From NCBI RefSeq assembly GCF_009914755.1, contig NC_060948.1: a stretch of 64,000 nucleotides of DNA. The stretch is one strand, 5' to 3'. Source of the DNA: the human T2T-CHM13v2.0 reference genome, Homo sapiens. Shown piece by piece: positions 27,801 through 43,400 of this stretch (position 1 is its first letter; each line of letters opens with the position of its first letter). The position numbers and the translations under genes are program-made. The notes below the pieces were generated by a model. It was not told where the DNA came from. It did no database searches and was given only the letters and a program-made list of their open reading frames with translations.

Positions 27801-28422
27801 TGCAATGGAATGGAATGGAATGGAATGCAATGGAATGGAATGGAATGGAATGGAATGGGATGGAATGGTGTGGAATGGATAGTAATGGACTGGTGTGAAA
27901 TGGACTGGAAAGGAATGGACTCAAATTGAAAGGGCTCGAAAGGAATGGAGTCAAATGGAATGGTCTGGAATGGAATGAACACGAATGTAATGCAATCCAA
28001 TAGAATGGAATCGAATGGCATGGAATATAAAGAAATGGAATCGAAGAGAATGGAAACAAATGGAATGGAATTGAATGGAATGGAATTGAATGGAATGGGA
28101 AGGAATGGAGTGAAATTGTATGCAGTAGAAGAGAATAGAATGGAATGCAAGTGAAAGGAAAGGAATGGATTGGAATGGAATGGAATTCATTGGAATGGAA
28201 GGGAATGTAGTGTAATGGACAGGCCTGGAATAAAGTGGAATGCTACGGTCTCGAATGGAATAAAAATGTATGGAATGGAATGCAATGAAACGGAATCGAA
28301 TGTCATAGAATGTAATGGAATGCAACAAAATGGAATCCAAAATCATTGACTGGAAAGGCTGGGTGTCGAAAGGAATTGACTCCAATGGAATGGAATCGAA
28401 TGGAATGGAAGTGAATAGAATC
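24844..28422 (+). repeat. DYZ1 unit 8 (3,579 bp; +30 internal tandem duplication)
   Basis: 25991-26020 is repeated at 26021-26050. Confidence 0.9.
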
Positions 28423-31400
28423 GAACTAAATCGAATGGAATGGAATTGATAGGAACGGAATGGAAAGGAATGCAATGATTTGGCATGGAATGGAATCGAA
28501 TGGCATCGAATGGAATGGAATGGAATGCAATGGAATGGAATGTATTAGAATATAATGAACTTTAATGGAATGTACTCGAATGGATTCGACTGGAATGGAA
28601 TGTTCTGGAAGTGAATGGACTCCAATGGAATGGATTCAAAAGGAATGGAATCGTACGGAATGGAATCTAATGGAATGGAATTAAATGGAAATGAATCAAA
28701 TTGAATAGCACGGAATTGAATTGAATGGAATGGAATGCAATGGAATCTAATGAAACGGAAAGGAAAGGAATGGAATGGAATGGAATGGGCTGGAATGGAA
28801 AGGAATCGAAACGAATGGAATGGAATCGAACTGAAGAGACTGGAATGGAATGCACTGGAATGGAAGGGAGTGTAATGGAAGGTTCTCGAAAAAAATGGAA
28901 TCGAATGGAATGGAATTGAATGGAACGGAATAGAGTCGAATGGAATTGAATGGAATGGAATGGACTAGAGTGAAATGGAATCGAACCACAAGGAATGGAC
29001 AGGAATAGAATGGTCTCGAAGTGAATGGAATCGTATGGAATGGCATTAAACGGAATGGAATGGACAGCCACGGAATGGAATGCACTCGAATGCAATGGAG
29101 TCGAAACTAATGGACTGGAATAGAATTCACTCGACTGGTACGGACTCCAATGGAATGGAATCGAATGGAAGGGAATCGAACGGAATGGACTCGAAGGGAA
29201 AAGACTGCAATGGAAAGGTCTCGAATGGAATGGAAATTAATGGAATGGAATGGAATCGAATGAAATGGAGTCAAAAGGAATGGAATCGAATGGCAAGAAA
29301 TCGAATGTAATGGAATAGCAAGGAATTGATGTGAACGGAACGGAATGGAATGGAATCCAAAGGAATGGAATAGAATGGAATGGAATCGAATGGAAAGGAC
29401 TCGAATGGAAATCACTCGAATAGAATGCAATTTAATAAAATAGGATCAAATGTAATGGAATGGAATGGAAAGGAATCGAAACGAAAGGAATGGAGACAGA
29501 TGGAATGGAATGGAACAGAGAGCAATGGTATAGAATGGAATGGAATCATCTGGAATGGAATTGAATGGAATGGAATAATATGAAATGGAATGGAATGGAA
29601 TGGAATGGAATGCCCTTGAATTAAATGGACTGGAATGGAATGGACTCGAACAGAGTGGAATGGAAAGTGTTGAGATAGAATGGAATGGACTCGTTTGGAA
29701 TGGTCTAGTAGGCAATGCAATCGACTGGCAGGGAATCAAAAGGAATGTAATGGAATGGATTGGACTGGAATGCAATGGACTCGAATAGATTGGAAACGGA
29801 ATGCAAAGGAATGGAATGGAATAGTATGGAATGGAATGGAAAGGCATGCAGTGGAATAGACTAGAGTGGAATGGAATGGACTGGAAAGCAATGGACTGGA
29901 ATGGAACTTTCTTGAATGGACTGGAATCAAACGGAATGGAATGCAATGCAATCAAATGGCATGGAATAAAATAGAATGAAAGAGAATCAAATGGAATTGA
30001 ATCGAATGGAATCGAATGGATTGGAAAGGAATAGAATGGAATGGAATGGAATTGACTCAAATGGAATGGACTAGAATGGAATGGATTCGAATGGAAGGCA
30101 AAGGAATGGAATCTATTGGAATGGACTGTAATGGAATGGAATGGAAGGGATTGGAATGGACTCGAATGGAATGGACTGCAATAGAAAGGATTCGAATGGA
30201 ATGAAAAAGAATTGAATGGAATAGAACAGAATGGAATGAAATCGAATGAAATGGAATGGAATAGAAAGGAATGGAATGAAATGGAATGGAAAGGATTCGA
30301 ATGGAATGCAATCGAATGGAATGGAATCGAACGGAATGGAATAAAATGGAAGAAAACTGGCAAGAAATGGAATCGAAATGAATGGAGTGTTATGGAACGG
30401 ACTCAAAAGGAATTGAATGTAATAGAATGGAGTGGAGTGGACTCGAATATAATGGACTGGAATGGAATGAAATCACATGGAATGGGAACGAATGGAATGG
30501 AATGGAAAGGAATGGAATCGAATGGAAAGGAATCGAATGGAAGGGAATGAAATTGAATCAACAGGAATGGAAGGGAATAGAATAGACGGTAATGGAATGG
30601 ACTCGAATAGAATGGACACGAATGCTCAAATTGAATGGACTCGAATGGAATGGAAACGAAAGGAATGTCATCGAATGGAATTGAATGGATTGGAATGAAA
30701 TCGCATAGAATGGAGTGGAATCAAATGGAATTGAATCGAAAGGAAAGGAAGCGAATGGACTGAAATGAAATGGAATGGAATTGAATGGAAAGTAATGCAA
30801 TGGAATAGAATGGAACGAAATTTCACGGAATGGAATCAAACTGAATGGAATCAAATCAATGGAATCTAATCAAATGGAATGGAAAGGAATTGAATGGAGT
30901 AGATTGGATTGGATGGGATTGGAATGAAATGTACTGGAAAGGACTCGAATTTCATGAAACGGAATGGAATGAATTGGAACGGAACGGACTCGAATGGAAT
31001 GGAATGTCATGGAATGGCATCAAATGGAATGGCATCAAATGGAATGGAATCGAATGCAATGGAATGCTATGGAATGGAATGGAATGCATTGGAATGGAAT
31101 GTCCTCTAATGGAATGGATTCGAGTGGAATGGCATCGAATATAATGGAGTCGAATGTAATGGAATTGAAAAGAATGGGATCGAATACAATGGAATATACT
31201 GGAATGTAATGTAATGAACTCGAATGTAATTGACTGGAATGGAATGTACATGAATGGAATGTAATCGAATGGAAAGTAATCCAATGGAATAGAAACTAAT
31301 GCAATAAAATCGACTCAAATAGAGTAGAATGTAATGGAATGGAGTGCAGTGCAATGGAATGGAATGGAATGGAATGCAATGGAATGGAATGGAATGGAAT

Positions 31401-34400
31401 GGAATGGGATGGAATGGTGTGGAATGGATAGTAATGGACTGGTGTGAAATGGACTGGAAAGGAATGGACTCAAATTGAAAGGGCTCGAAAGGAATGGAGT
31501 CAAATGGAATGGTCTGGAATGGAATGAACACGAATGTAATGCAATCCAATAGAATGGAATCGAATGGCATGGAATATAAAGAAATGGAATCGAAGAGAAT
31601 GGAAACAAATGGAATGGAATTGAATGGAATGGAATTGAATGGAATGGGAAGGAATGGAGTGAAATTGTATGCAGTAGAAGAGAATAGAATGGAATGCAAG
31701 TGAAAGGAAAGGAATGGATTGGAATGGAATGGAATTCATTGGAATGGAAGGGAATGTAGTGTAATGGACAGGCCTGGAATAAAGTGGAATGCTACGGTCT
31801 CGAATGGAATAAAAATGTATGGAATGGAATGCAATGAAACGGAATCGAATGTCATAGAATGTAATGGAATGCAACAAAATGGAATCCAAAATCATTGACT
31901 GGAAAGGCTGGGTGTCGAAAGGAATTGACTCCAATGGAATGGAATCGAATGGAATGGAAGTGAATAGAATCGAACTAAATCGAATGGAATGGAATTGATA
32001 GGAACGGAATGGAAAGGAATGCAATGATTTGGCATGGAATGGAATCGAATGGCATCGAATGGAATGGAATGGAATGCAATGGAATGGAATGTATTAGAAT
32101 GTAATGAACTTTAATGGAATGTACTCGAATGGATTCGACTGGAATGGAATGTTCTGGAAGTGAATGGACTCCAATGGAATGGATTCAAAAGGAATGGAAT
32201 CGTACGGAATGGAATCTAATGGAATGGAATTAAATGGAAATGAATCAAATTGAATAGCACGGAATTGAATTGAATGGAATGGAATGCAATGGAATCTAAT
32301 GAAACGGAAAGGAAAGGAATGGAATGGAATGGAATGGGCTGGAATGGAAAGGAATCGAAACGAATGGAATGGAATCGAACTGAAGAGACTGGAATGGAAT
32401 GCACTGGAATGGAAGGGAGTGTAATGGAAGGTTCTCGAAAAAAATGGAATCGAATGGAATGGAATTGAATGGAACGGAATAGAGTCGAATGGAATTGAAT
32501 GGAATGGAATGGACTAGAGTGAAATGGAATCGAACCACAAGGAATGGACAGGAATAGAATGGTCTCGAATTGAATGGAATCGTATGGAATGGCATCAAAC
32601 GGAATGGAATGGACAGCCACGGAATGGAATGCACTCGAATGCAATGGAGTCGAAACTAATGGACTGGAATAGAATGGACTCGACTGGTACGGACTCCAAT
32701 GGAATGGAATCGAATGGAAGGGAATCGAACGGAATGGACTCGAAGGGAAAAGACTGCAATGGAAAGGTCTCGAATGGAATGGAAATTAATAGAATGGAAT
32801 GGAATCGAATGAAATGGAGTCAAAAGGAATGGAATCGAATGGCAAGAAATCGAATGTAATGGAATCGCAAGGAATTGATGTGAACGGAACGGAATGGAAT
32901 GGAATCCAAAGGAATGGAATAGAATGGAATGGAATCGAATGGAAAGGACTCGAATGGAAATCACTCGAATAGAATGCAATTTAATAAAATAGGATCAAAT
33001 GTAATGGAATGGAATGGAAAGGAATCGAAACGAAAGGAATGGAGACAGATGGAATGGAATGGAACAGAGAGCAATGGTATAGAATGGAATGGAATCATCT
33101 GGAATGGAATTGAATGGAATGGAATAATATGAAATGGAATGGAATGGAATGGAATGGAATGCCCTTGAATTAAATGGACTGGAATGGAATGGACTCGAAC
33201 AGAGTGGAATGGAAAGTGTTGAGATAGAATGGAATGGACTCGTTTGGAATGGTCTAGTATGCAATGCAATCGACTGGCAGGGAATCAAAAGGAATGTAAT
33301 GGAATGGATTGGACTGGAATGCAATGGACTCGAATAGATTGGAAACGGAATGCAAAGGAATGGAATGGAATAGTATGGAATGGAATGGAAAGGAATGGAG
33401 TGGAATAGACTAGAGTGGAATGGAATGGACTGGAAAGCAATAGACTGGAATGGAACTTTCTTGAATGGACTGGAATGAAACGGAATGGAATGCAATGCAA
33501 TCAAATGGCATGGAATAAAATAGAATGAAAGAGAATCAAATGGAATTGAATCGAATGGAATCGAATGGATTGGAAAGGAATAGAATGGAATGGAATGGAA
33601 TTGACTCAAATGGAATGGACTAGAATGGAATGGATTCGAATGGAAGGCAAAGGAATGGAATCTATTGGAATGGACTGTAATGGAATGGAATGGAAGGGAT
33701 TGGAATGGACTCGAATGGAATGGACTGCAATAGAAAGGATTCGAATGGAATGAAAAAGAATTGAATGGAATAGAACAGAATGGAATCAAATCGAATGAAA
33801 TGGAATGGAATAGAAAGGAATGGAATGAAATGGAATGGAAAGGATTCGAATGGAATGCAATCGAATGGAATGGAATCGAACGGAATGGAATAAAATGGAA
33901 GAAAACTGGCAAGAAATGGAATCGAAATGAATGTAGTGTTATGGAACGGACTCAAAAGGAATTGAATGTAATAGAATGGAGTGGAGTGGACTCGAATATA
34001 ATGGACTGGAATGGAATGAAATCACATGGAATGGGAACGAATGGAATGGAATGGAAAGGAATGGAATCGAATGGAAAGGAATCGAATGGAAGGGAATGAA
34101 ATTGAATCAACAGGAATGGAAGGGAATAGAATAGACGGTAATGGAATGGACTCGAATAGAATGGACACGAATGCTCAAATTGAATGGACTCGAATGGAAT
34201 GGAAACGAAAGGAATGTCATCGAATGGAATTGAATCGATTGGAATGAAATCGCATAGAATGGAGTGGAATCAAATGGAATTGAATCGAAAGGAAAGGAAG
34301 CGAATGGACTGAAATGAAATGGAATGGAATTGAATGGAAAGTAATGCAATGGAATAGAATGGAACGAAATTTCACGGAATGGAATCAAACTGAATGGAAT

Positions 34401-37400
34401 CAAATCAATGGAATCTAATCAAATGGAATGGAAAGGAATTGAATGGAGTAGATTGGATTGGATGGGATTGGAATGAAATGTACTGGAAAGGACTCGAATT
34501 TCATGAAACGGAATGGAATGAATTGGAACGGAATGGACTCGAATGGAATGGAATGTCATGGAATGGCATCAAATGGAATGGCATCAAATGGAATGGAATC
34601 GAATGCAATGGAATGCTATGGAATGGAATGGAATGCATTGGAATGGAATGTCCTCTAATGGAATGGATTCGAGTGGAATGGAATCGAATATAATGGAGTC
34701 GAATGAAATGGAATTGAAAAGAATGGGATCGAATACAATGGAATATACTGGAATGTAACGTAATGAACTCGAATGTAATTGACTGGAATGGAATGTACAT
34801 GAATGGAATGTAATCGAATGGAAAGTAATCCAATGGAATAGAAACTAATGCAATAAAATCGACTCAAATAGAGTAGAATGTAATGGAATGGAGTGCAGTG
34901 CAATGGAATGGAATGGAATGGAATGCAATGGAATGGAATGGAATGGAATGGAATGGGATGGAATGGTGTGGAATGGATAGTAATGGACTGGTGTGAAATG
35001 GACTGGAAAGGAATGGACTCAAATTGAAAGGGCTCGAAAGGAATGGAGTCAAATGGAATGGTCTGGAATGGAATGAACACGAATGTAATGCAATCCAATA
35101 GAATGGAATCGAATGGCATGGAATATAAAGAAATGGAATCGAAGAGAATGGAAACAAATGGAATGGAATTGAATGGAATGGAATTGAATGGAATGGGAAG
35201 GAATGGAGTGAAATTGTATGCAGTAGAAGAGAATAGAATGGAATGCAAGTGAAAGGAAAGGAATGGATTGGAATGGAATGGAATTCATTGGAATGGAAGG
35301 GAATGTAGTGTAATGGACAGGCCTGGAATAAAGTGGAATGCTACGGTCTCGAATGGAATAAAAATGTATGGAATGGAATGCAATGAAACGGAATCGAATG
35401 TCATAGAATGTAATGGAATGCAACAAAATGGAATCCAAAATCATTGACTGGAAAGGCTGGGTGTCGAAAGGAATTGACTCCAATGGAATGGAATCGAATG
35501 GAATGGAAGTGAATAGAATCGAACTAAATCGAATGGAATGGAATTGATAGGAACGGAATGGAAAGGAATGCAATGATTTGGCATGGAATGGAATCGAATG
35601 GCATCGAATGGAATGGAATGGAATGCAATGGAATGGAATGTATTAGAATATAATGAACTTTAATGGAATGTACTCGAATGGATTCGACTGGAATGGAATG
35701 TTCTGGAAGTGAATGGACTCCAATGGAATGGATTCAAAAGGAATGGAATCGTACGGAATGGAATCTAATGGAATGGAATTAAATGGAAATGAATCAAATT
35801 GAATAGCACGGAATTGAATTGAATGGAATGGAATGCAATGGAATCTAATGAAACGGAAAGGAAAGGAATGGAATGGAATGGAATGGGCTGGAATGGAAAG
35901 GAATCGAAACGAATGGAATGGAATCGAACTGAAGAGACTGGAATGGAATGCACTGGAATGGAAGGGAGTGTAATGGAAGGTTCTCGAAAAAAATGGAATC
36001 GAATGGAATGGAATTGAATGGAACGGAATAGAGTCGAATGGAATTGAATGGAATGGAATGGACTAGAGTGAAATGGAATCGAACCACAAGGAATGGACAG
36101 GAATAGAATGGTCTCGAAGTGAATGGAATCGTATGGAATGGCATTAAACGGAATGGAATGGACAGCCACGGAATGGAATGCACTCGAATGCAATGGAGTC
36201 GAAACTAATGGACTGGAATAGAATTCACTCGACTGGTACGGACTCCAATGGAATGGAATCGAATGGAAGGGAATCGAACGGAATGGACTCGAAGGGAAAA
36301 GACTGCAATGGAAAGGTCTCGAATGGAATGGAAATTAATGGAATGGAATGGAATCGAATGAAATGGAGTCAAAAGGAATGGAATCGAATGGCAAGAAATC
36401 GAATGTAATGGAATAGCAAGGAATTGATGTGAACGGAACGGAATGGAATGGAATCCAAAGGAATGGAATAGAATGGAATGGAATCGAATGGAAAGGACTC
36501 GAATGGAAATCACTCGAATAGAATGCAATTTAATAAAATAGGATCAAATGTAATGGAATGGAATGGAAAGGAATCGAAACGAAAGGAATGGAGACAGATG
36601 GAATGGAATGGAACAGAGAGCAATGGTATAGAATGGAATGGAATCATCTGGAATGGAATTGAATGGAATGGAATAATATGAAATGGAATGGAATGGAATG
36701 GAATGGAATGCCCTTGAATTAAATGGACTGGAATGGAATGGACTCGAACAGAGTGGAATGGAAAGTGTTGAGATAGAATGGAATGGACTCGTTTGGAATG
36801 GTCTAGTAGGCAATGCAATCGACTGGCAGGGAATCAAAAGGAATGTAATGGAATGGATTGGACTGGAATGCAATGGACTCGAATAGATTGGAAACGGAAT
36901 GCAAAGGAATGGAATGGAATAGTATGGAATGGAATGGAAAGGCATGCAGTGGAATAGACTAGAGTGGAATGGAATGGACTGGAAAGCAATGGACTGGAAT
37001 GGAACTTTCTTGAATGGACTGGAATCAAACGGAATGGAATGCAATGCAATCAAATGGCATGGAATAAAATAGAATGAAAGAGAATCAAATGGAATTGAAT
37101 CGAATGGAATCGAATGGATTGGAAAGGAATAGAATGGAATGGAATGGAATTGACTCAAATGGAATGGACTAGAATGGAATGGATTCGAATGGAAGGCAAA
37201 GGAATGGAATCTATTGGAATGGACTGTAATGGAATGGAATGGAAGGGATTGGAATGGACTCGAATGGAATGGACTGCAATAGAAAGGATTCGAATGGAAT
37301 GAAAAAGAATTGAATGGAATAGAACAGAATGGAATGAAATCGAATGAAATGGAATGGAATAGAAAGGAATGGAATGAAATGGAATGGAAAGGATTCGAAT

Positions 37401-40400
37401 GGAATGCAATCGAATGGAATGGAATCGAACGGAATGGAATAAAATGGAAGAAAACTGGCAAGAAATGGAATCGAAATGAATGGAGTGTTATGGAACGGAC
37501 TCAAAAGGAATTGAATGTAATAGAATGGAGTGGAGTGGACTCGAATATAATGGACTGGAATGGAATGAAATCACATGGAATGGGAACGAATGGAATGGAA
37601 TGGAAAGGAATGGAATCGAATGGAAAGGAATCGAATGGAAGGGAATGAAATTGAATCAACAGGAATGGAAGGGAATAGAATAGACGGTAATGGAATGGAC
37701 TCGAATAGAATGGACACGAATGCTCAAATTGAATGGACTCGAATGGAATGGAAACGAAAGGAATGTCATCGAATGGAATTGAATGGATTGGAATGAAATC
37801 GCATAGAATGGAGTGGAATCAAATGGAATTGAATCGAAAGGAAAGGAAGCGAATGGACTGAAATGAAATGGAATGGAATTGAATGGAAAGTAATGCAATG
37901 GAATAGAATGGAACGAAATTTCACGGAATGGAATCAAACTGAATGGAATCAAATCAATGGAATCTAATCAAATGGAATGGAAAGGAATTGAATGGAGTAG
38001 ATTGGATTGGATGGGATTGGAATGAAATGTACTGGAAAGGACTCGAATTTCATGAAACGGAATGGAATGAATTGGAACGGAACGGACTCGAATGGAATGG
38101 AATGTCATGGAATGGCATCAAATGGAATGGCATCAAATGGAATGGAATCGAATGCAATGGAATGCTATGGAATGGAATGGAATGCATTGGAATGGAATGT
38201 CCTCTAATGGAATGGATTCGAGTGGAATGGCATCGAATATAATGGAGTCGAATGTAATGGAATTGAAAAGAATGGGATCGAATACAATGGAATATACTGG
38301 AATGTAATGTAATGAACTCGAATGTAATTGACTGGAATGGAATGTACATGAATGGAATGTAATCGAATGGAAAGTAATCCAATGGAATAGAAACTAATGC
38401 AATAAAATCGACTCAAATAGAGTAGAATGTAATGGAATGGAGTGCAGTGCAATGGAATGGAATGGAATGGAATGCAATGGAATGGAATGGAATGGAATGG
38501 AATGGGATGGAATGGTGTGGAATGGATAGTAATGGACTGGTGTGAAATGGACTGGAAAGGAATGGACTCAAATTGAAAGGGCTCGAAAGGAATGGAGTCA
38601 AATGGAATGGTCTGGAATGGAATGAACACGAATGTAATGCAATCCAATAGAATGGAATCGAATGGCATGGAATATAAAGAAATGGAATCGAAGAGAATGG
38701 AAACAAATGGAATGGAATTGAATGGAATGGAATTGAATGGAATGGGAAGGAATGGAGTGAAATTGTATGCAGTAGAAGAGAATAGAATGGAATGCAAGTG
38801 AAAGGAAAGGAATGGATTGGAATGGAATGGAATTCATTGGAATGGAAGGGAATGTAGTGTAATGGACAGGCCTGGAATAAAGTGGAATGCTACGGTCTCG
38901 AATGGAATAAAAATGTATGGAATGGAATGCAATGAAACGGAATCGAATGTCATAGAATGTAATGGAATGCAACAAAATGGAATCCAAAATCATTGACTGG
39001 AAAGGCTGGGTGTCGAAAGGAATTGACTCCAATGGAATGGAATCGAATGGAATGGAAGTGAATAGAATCGAACTAAATCGAATGGAATGGAATTGATAGG
39101 AACGGAATGGAAAGGAATGCAATGATTTGGCATGGAATGGAATCGAATGGCATCGAATGGAATGGAATGGAATGCAATGGAATGGAATGTATTAGAATGT
39201 AATGAACTTTAATGGAATGTACTCGAATGGATTCGACTGGAATGGAATGTTCTGGAAGTGAATGGACTCCAATGGAATGGATTCAAAAGGAATGGAATCG
39301 TACGGAATGGAATCTAATGGAATGGAATTAAATGGAAATGAATCAAATTGAATAGCACGGAATTGAATTGAATGGAATGGAATGCAATGGAATCTAATGA
39401 AACGGAAAGGAAAGGAATGGAATGGAATGGAATGGGCTGGAATGGAAAGGAATCGAAACGAATGGAATGGAATCGAACTGAAGAGACTGGAATGGAATGC
39501 ACTGGAATGGAAGGGAGTGTAATGGAAGGTTCTCGAAAAAAATGGAATCGAATGGAATGGAATTGAATGGAACGGAATAGAGTCGAATGGAATTGAATGG
39601 AATGGAATGGACTAGAGTGAAATGGAATCGAACCACAAGGAATGGACAGGAATAGAATGGTCTCGAATTGAATGGAATCGTATGGAATGGCATCAAACGG
39701 AATGGAATGGACAGCCACGGAATGGAATGCACTCGAATGCAATGGAGTCGAAACTAATGGACTGGAATAGAATGGACTCGACTGGTACGGACTCCAATGG
39801 AATGGAATCGAATGGAAGGGAATCGAACGGAATGGACTCGAAGGGAAAAGACTGCAATGGAAAGGTCTCGAATGGAATGGAAATTAATAGAATGGAATGG
39901 AATCGAATGAAATGGAGTCAAAAGGAATGGAATCGAATGGCAAGAAATCGAATGTAATGGAATCGCAAGGAATTGATGTGAACGGAACGGAATGGAATGG
40001 AATCCAAAGGAATGGAATAGAATGGAATGGAATCGAATGGAAAGGACTCGAATGGAAATCACTCGAATAGAATGCAATTTAATAAAATAGGATCAAATGT
40101 AATGGAATGGAATGGAAAGGAATCGAAACGAAAGGAATGGAGACAGATGGAATGGAATGGAACAGAGAGCAATGGTATAGAATGGAATGGAATCATCTGG
40201 AATGGAATTGAATGGAATGGAATAATATGAAATGGAATGGAATGGAATGGAATGGAATGCCCTTGAATTAAATGGACTGGAATGGAATGGACTCGAACAG
40301 AGTGGAATGGAAAGTGTTGAGATAGAATGGAATGGACTCGTTTGGAATGGTCTAGTATGCAATGCAATCGACTGGCAGGGAATCAAAAGGAATGTAATGG

Positions 40401-43400
40401 AATGGATTGGACTGGAATGCAATGGACTCGAATAGATTGGAAACGGAATGCAAAGGAATGGAATGGAATAGTATGGAATGGAATGGAAAGGAATGGAGTG
40501 GAATAGACTAGAGTGGAATGGAATGGACTGGAAAGCAATAGACTGGAATGGAACTTTCTTGAATGGACTGGAATGAAACGGAATGGAATGCAATGCAATC
40601 AAATGGCATGGAATAAAATAGAATGAAAGAGAATCAAATGGAATTGAATCGAATGGAATCGAATGGATTGGAAAGGAATAGAATGGAATGGAATGGAATT
40701 GACTCAAATGGAATGGACTAGAATGGAATGGATTCGAATGGAAGGCAAAGGAATGGAATCTATTGGAATGGACTGTAATGGAATGGAATGGAAGGGATTG
40801 GAATGGACTCGAATGGAATGGACTGCAATAGAAAGGATTCGAATGGAATGAAAAAGAATTGAATGGAATAGAACAGAATGGAATCAAATCGAATGAAATG
40901 GAATGGAATAGAAAGGAATGGAATGAAATGGAATGGAAAGGATTCGAATGGAATGCAATCGAATGGAATGGAATCGAACGGAATGGAATAAAATGGAAGA
41001 AAACTGGCAAGAAATGGAATCGAAATGAATGTAGTGTTATGGAACGGACTCAAAAGGAATTGAATGTAATAGAATGGAGTGGAGTGGACTCGAATATAAT
41101 GGACTGGAATGGAATGAAATCACATGGAATGGGAACGAATGGAATGGAATGGAAAGGAATGGAATCGAATGGAAAGGAATCGAATGGAAGGGAATGAAAT
41201 TGAATCAACAGGAATGGAAGGGAATAGAATAGACGGTAATGGAATGGACTCGAATAGAATGGACACGAATGCTCAAATTGAATGGACTCGAATGGAATGG
41301 AAACGAAAGGAATGTCATCGAATGGAATTGAATCGATTGGAATGAAATCGCATAGAATGGAGTGGAATCAAATGGAATTGAATCGAAAGGAAAGGAAGCG
41401 AATGGACTGAAATGAAATGGAATGGAATTGAATGGAAAGTAATGCAATGGAATAGAATGGAACGAAATTTCACGGAATGGAATCAAACTGAATGGAATCA
41501 AATCAATGGAATCTAATCAAATGGAATGGAAAGGAATTGAATGGAGTAGATTGGATTGGATGGGATTGGAATGAAATGTACTGGAAAGGACTCGAATTTC
41601 ATGAAACGGAATGGAATGAATTGGAACGGAATGGACTCGAATGGAATGGAATGTCATGGAATGGCATCAAATGGAATGGCATCAAATGGAATGGAATCGA
41701 ATGCAATGGAATGCTATGGAATGGAATGGAATGCATTGGAATGGAATGTCCTCTAATGGAATGGATTCGAGTGGAATGGAATCGAATATAATGGAGTCGA
41801 ATGAAATGGAATTGAAAAGAATGGGATCGAATACAATGGAATATACTGGAATGTAACGTAATGAACTCGAATGTAATTGACTGGAATGGAATGTACATGA
41901 ATGGAATGTAATCGAATGGAAAGTAATCCAATGGAATAGAAACTAATGCAATAAAATCGACTCAAATAGAGTAGAATGTAATGGAATGGAGTGCAGTGCA
42001 ATGGAATGGAATGGAATGGAATGCAATGGAATGGAATGGAATGGAATGGAATGGGATGGAATGGTGTGGAATGGATAGTAATGGACTGGTGTGAAATGGA
42101 CTGGAAAGGAATGGACTCAAATTGAAAGGGCTCGAAAGGAATGGAGTCAAATGGAATGGTCTGGAATGGAATGAACACGAATGTAATGCAATCCAATAGA
42201 ATGGAATCGAATGGCATGGAATATAAAGAAATGGAATCGAAGAGAATGGAAACAAATGGAATGGAATTGAATGGAATGGAATTGAATGGAATGGGAAGGA
42301 ATGGAGTGAAATTGTATGCAGTAGAAGAGAATAGAATGGAATGCAAGTGAAAGGAAAGGAATGGATTGGAATGGAATGGAATTCATTGGAATGGAAGGGA
42401 ATGTAGTGTAATGGACAGGCCTGGAATAAAGTGGAATGCTACGGTCTCGAATGGAATAAAAATGTATGGAATGGAATGCAATGAAACGGAATCGAATGTC
42501 ATAGAATGTAATGGAATGCAACAAAATGGAATCCAAAATCATTGACTGGAAAGGCTGGGTGTCGAAAGGAATTGACTCCAATGGAATGGAATCGAATGGA
42601 ATGGAAGTGAATAGAATCGAACTAAATCGAATGGAATGGAATTGATAGGAACGGAATGGAAAGGAATGCAATGATTTGGCATGGAATGGAATCGAATGGC
42701 ATCGAATGGAATGGAATGGAATGCAATGGAATGGAATGTATTAGAATATAATGAACTTTAATGGAATGTACTCGAATGGATTCGACTGGAATGGAATGTT
42801 CTGGAAGTGAATGGACTCCAATGGAATGGATTCAAAAGGAATGGAATCGTACGGAATGGAATCTAATGGAATGGAATTAAATGGAAATGAATCAAATTGA
42901 ATAGCACGGAATTGAATTGAATGGAATGGAATGCAATGGAATCTAATGAAACGGAAAGGAAAGGAATGGAATGGAATGGAATGGGCTGGAATGGAAAGGA
43001 ATCGAAACGAATGGAATGGAATCGAACTGAAGAGACTGGAATGGAATGCACTGGAATGGAAGGGAGTGTAATGGAAGGTTCTCGAAAAAAATGGAATCGA
43101 ATGGAATGGAATTGAATGGAACGGAATAGAGTCGAATGGAATTGAATGGAATGGAATGGACTAGAGTGAAATGGAATCGAACCACAAGGAATGGACAGGA
43201 ATAGAATGGTCTCGAAGTGAATGGAATCGTATGGAATGGCATTAAACGGAATGGAATGGACAGCCACGGAATGGAATGCACTCGAATGCAATGGAGTCGA
43301 AACTAATGGACTGGAATAGAATTCACTCGACTGGTACGGACTCCAATGGAATGGAATCGAATGGAAGGGAATCGAACGGAATGGACTCGAAGGGAAAAGA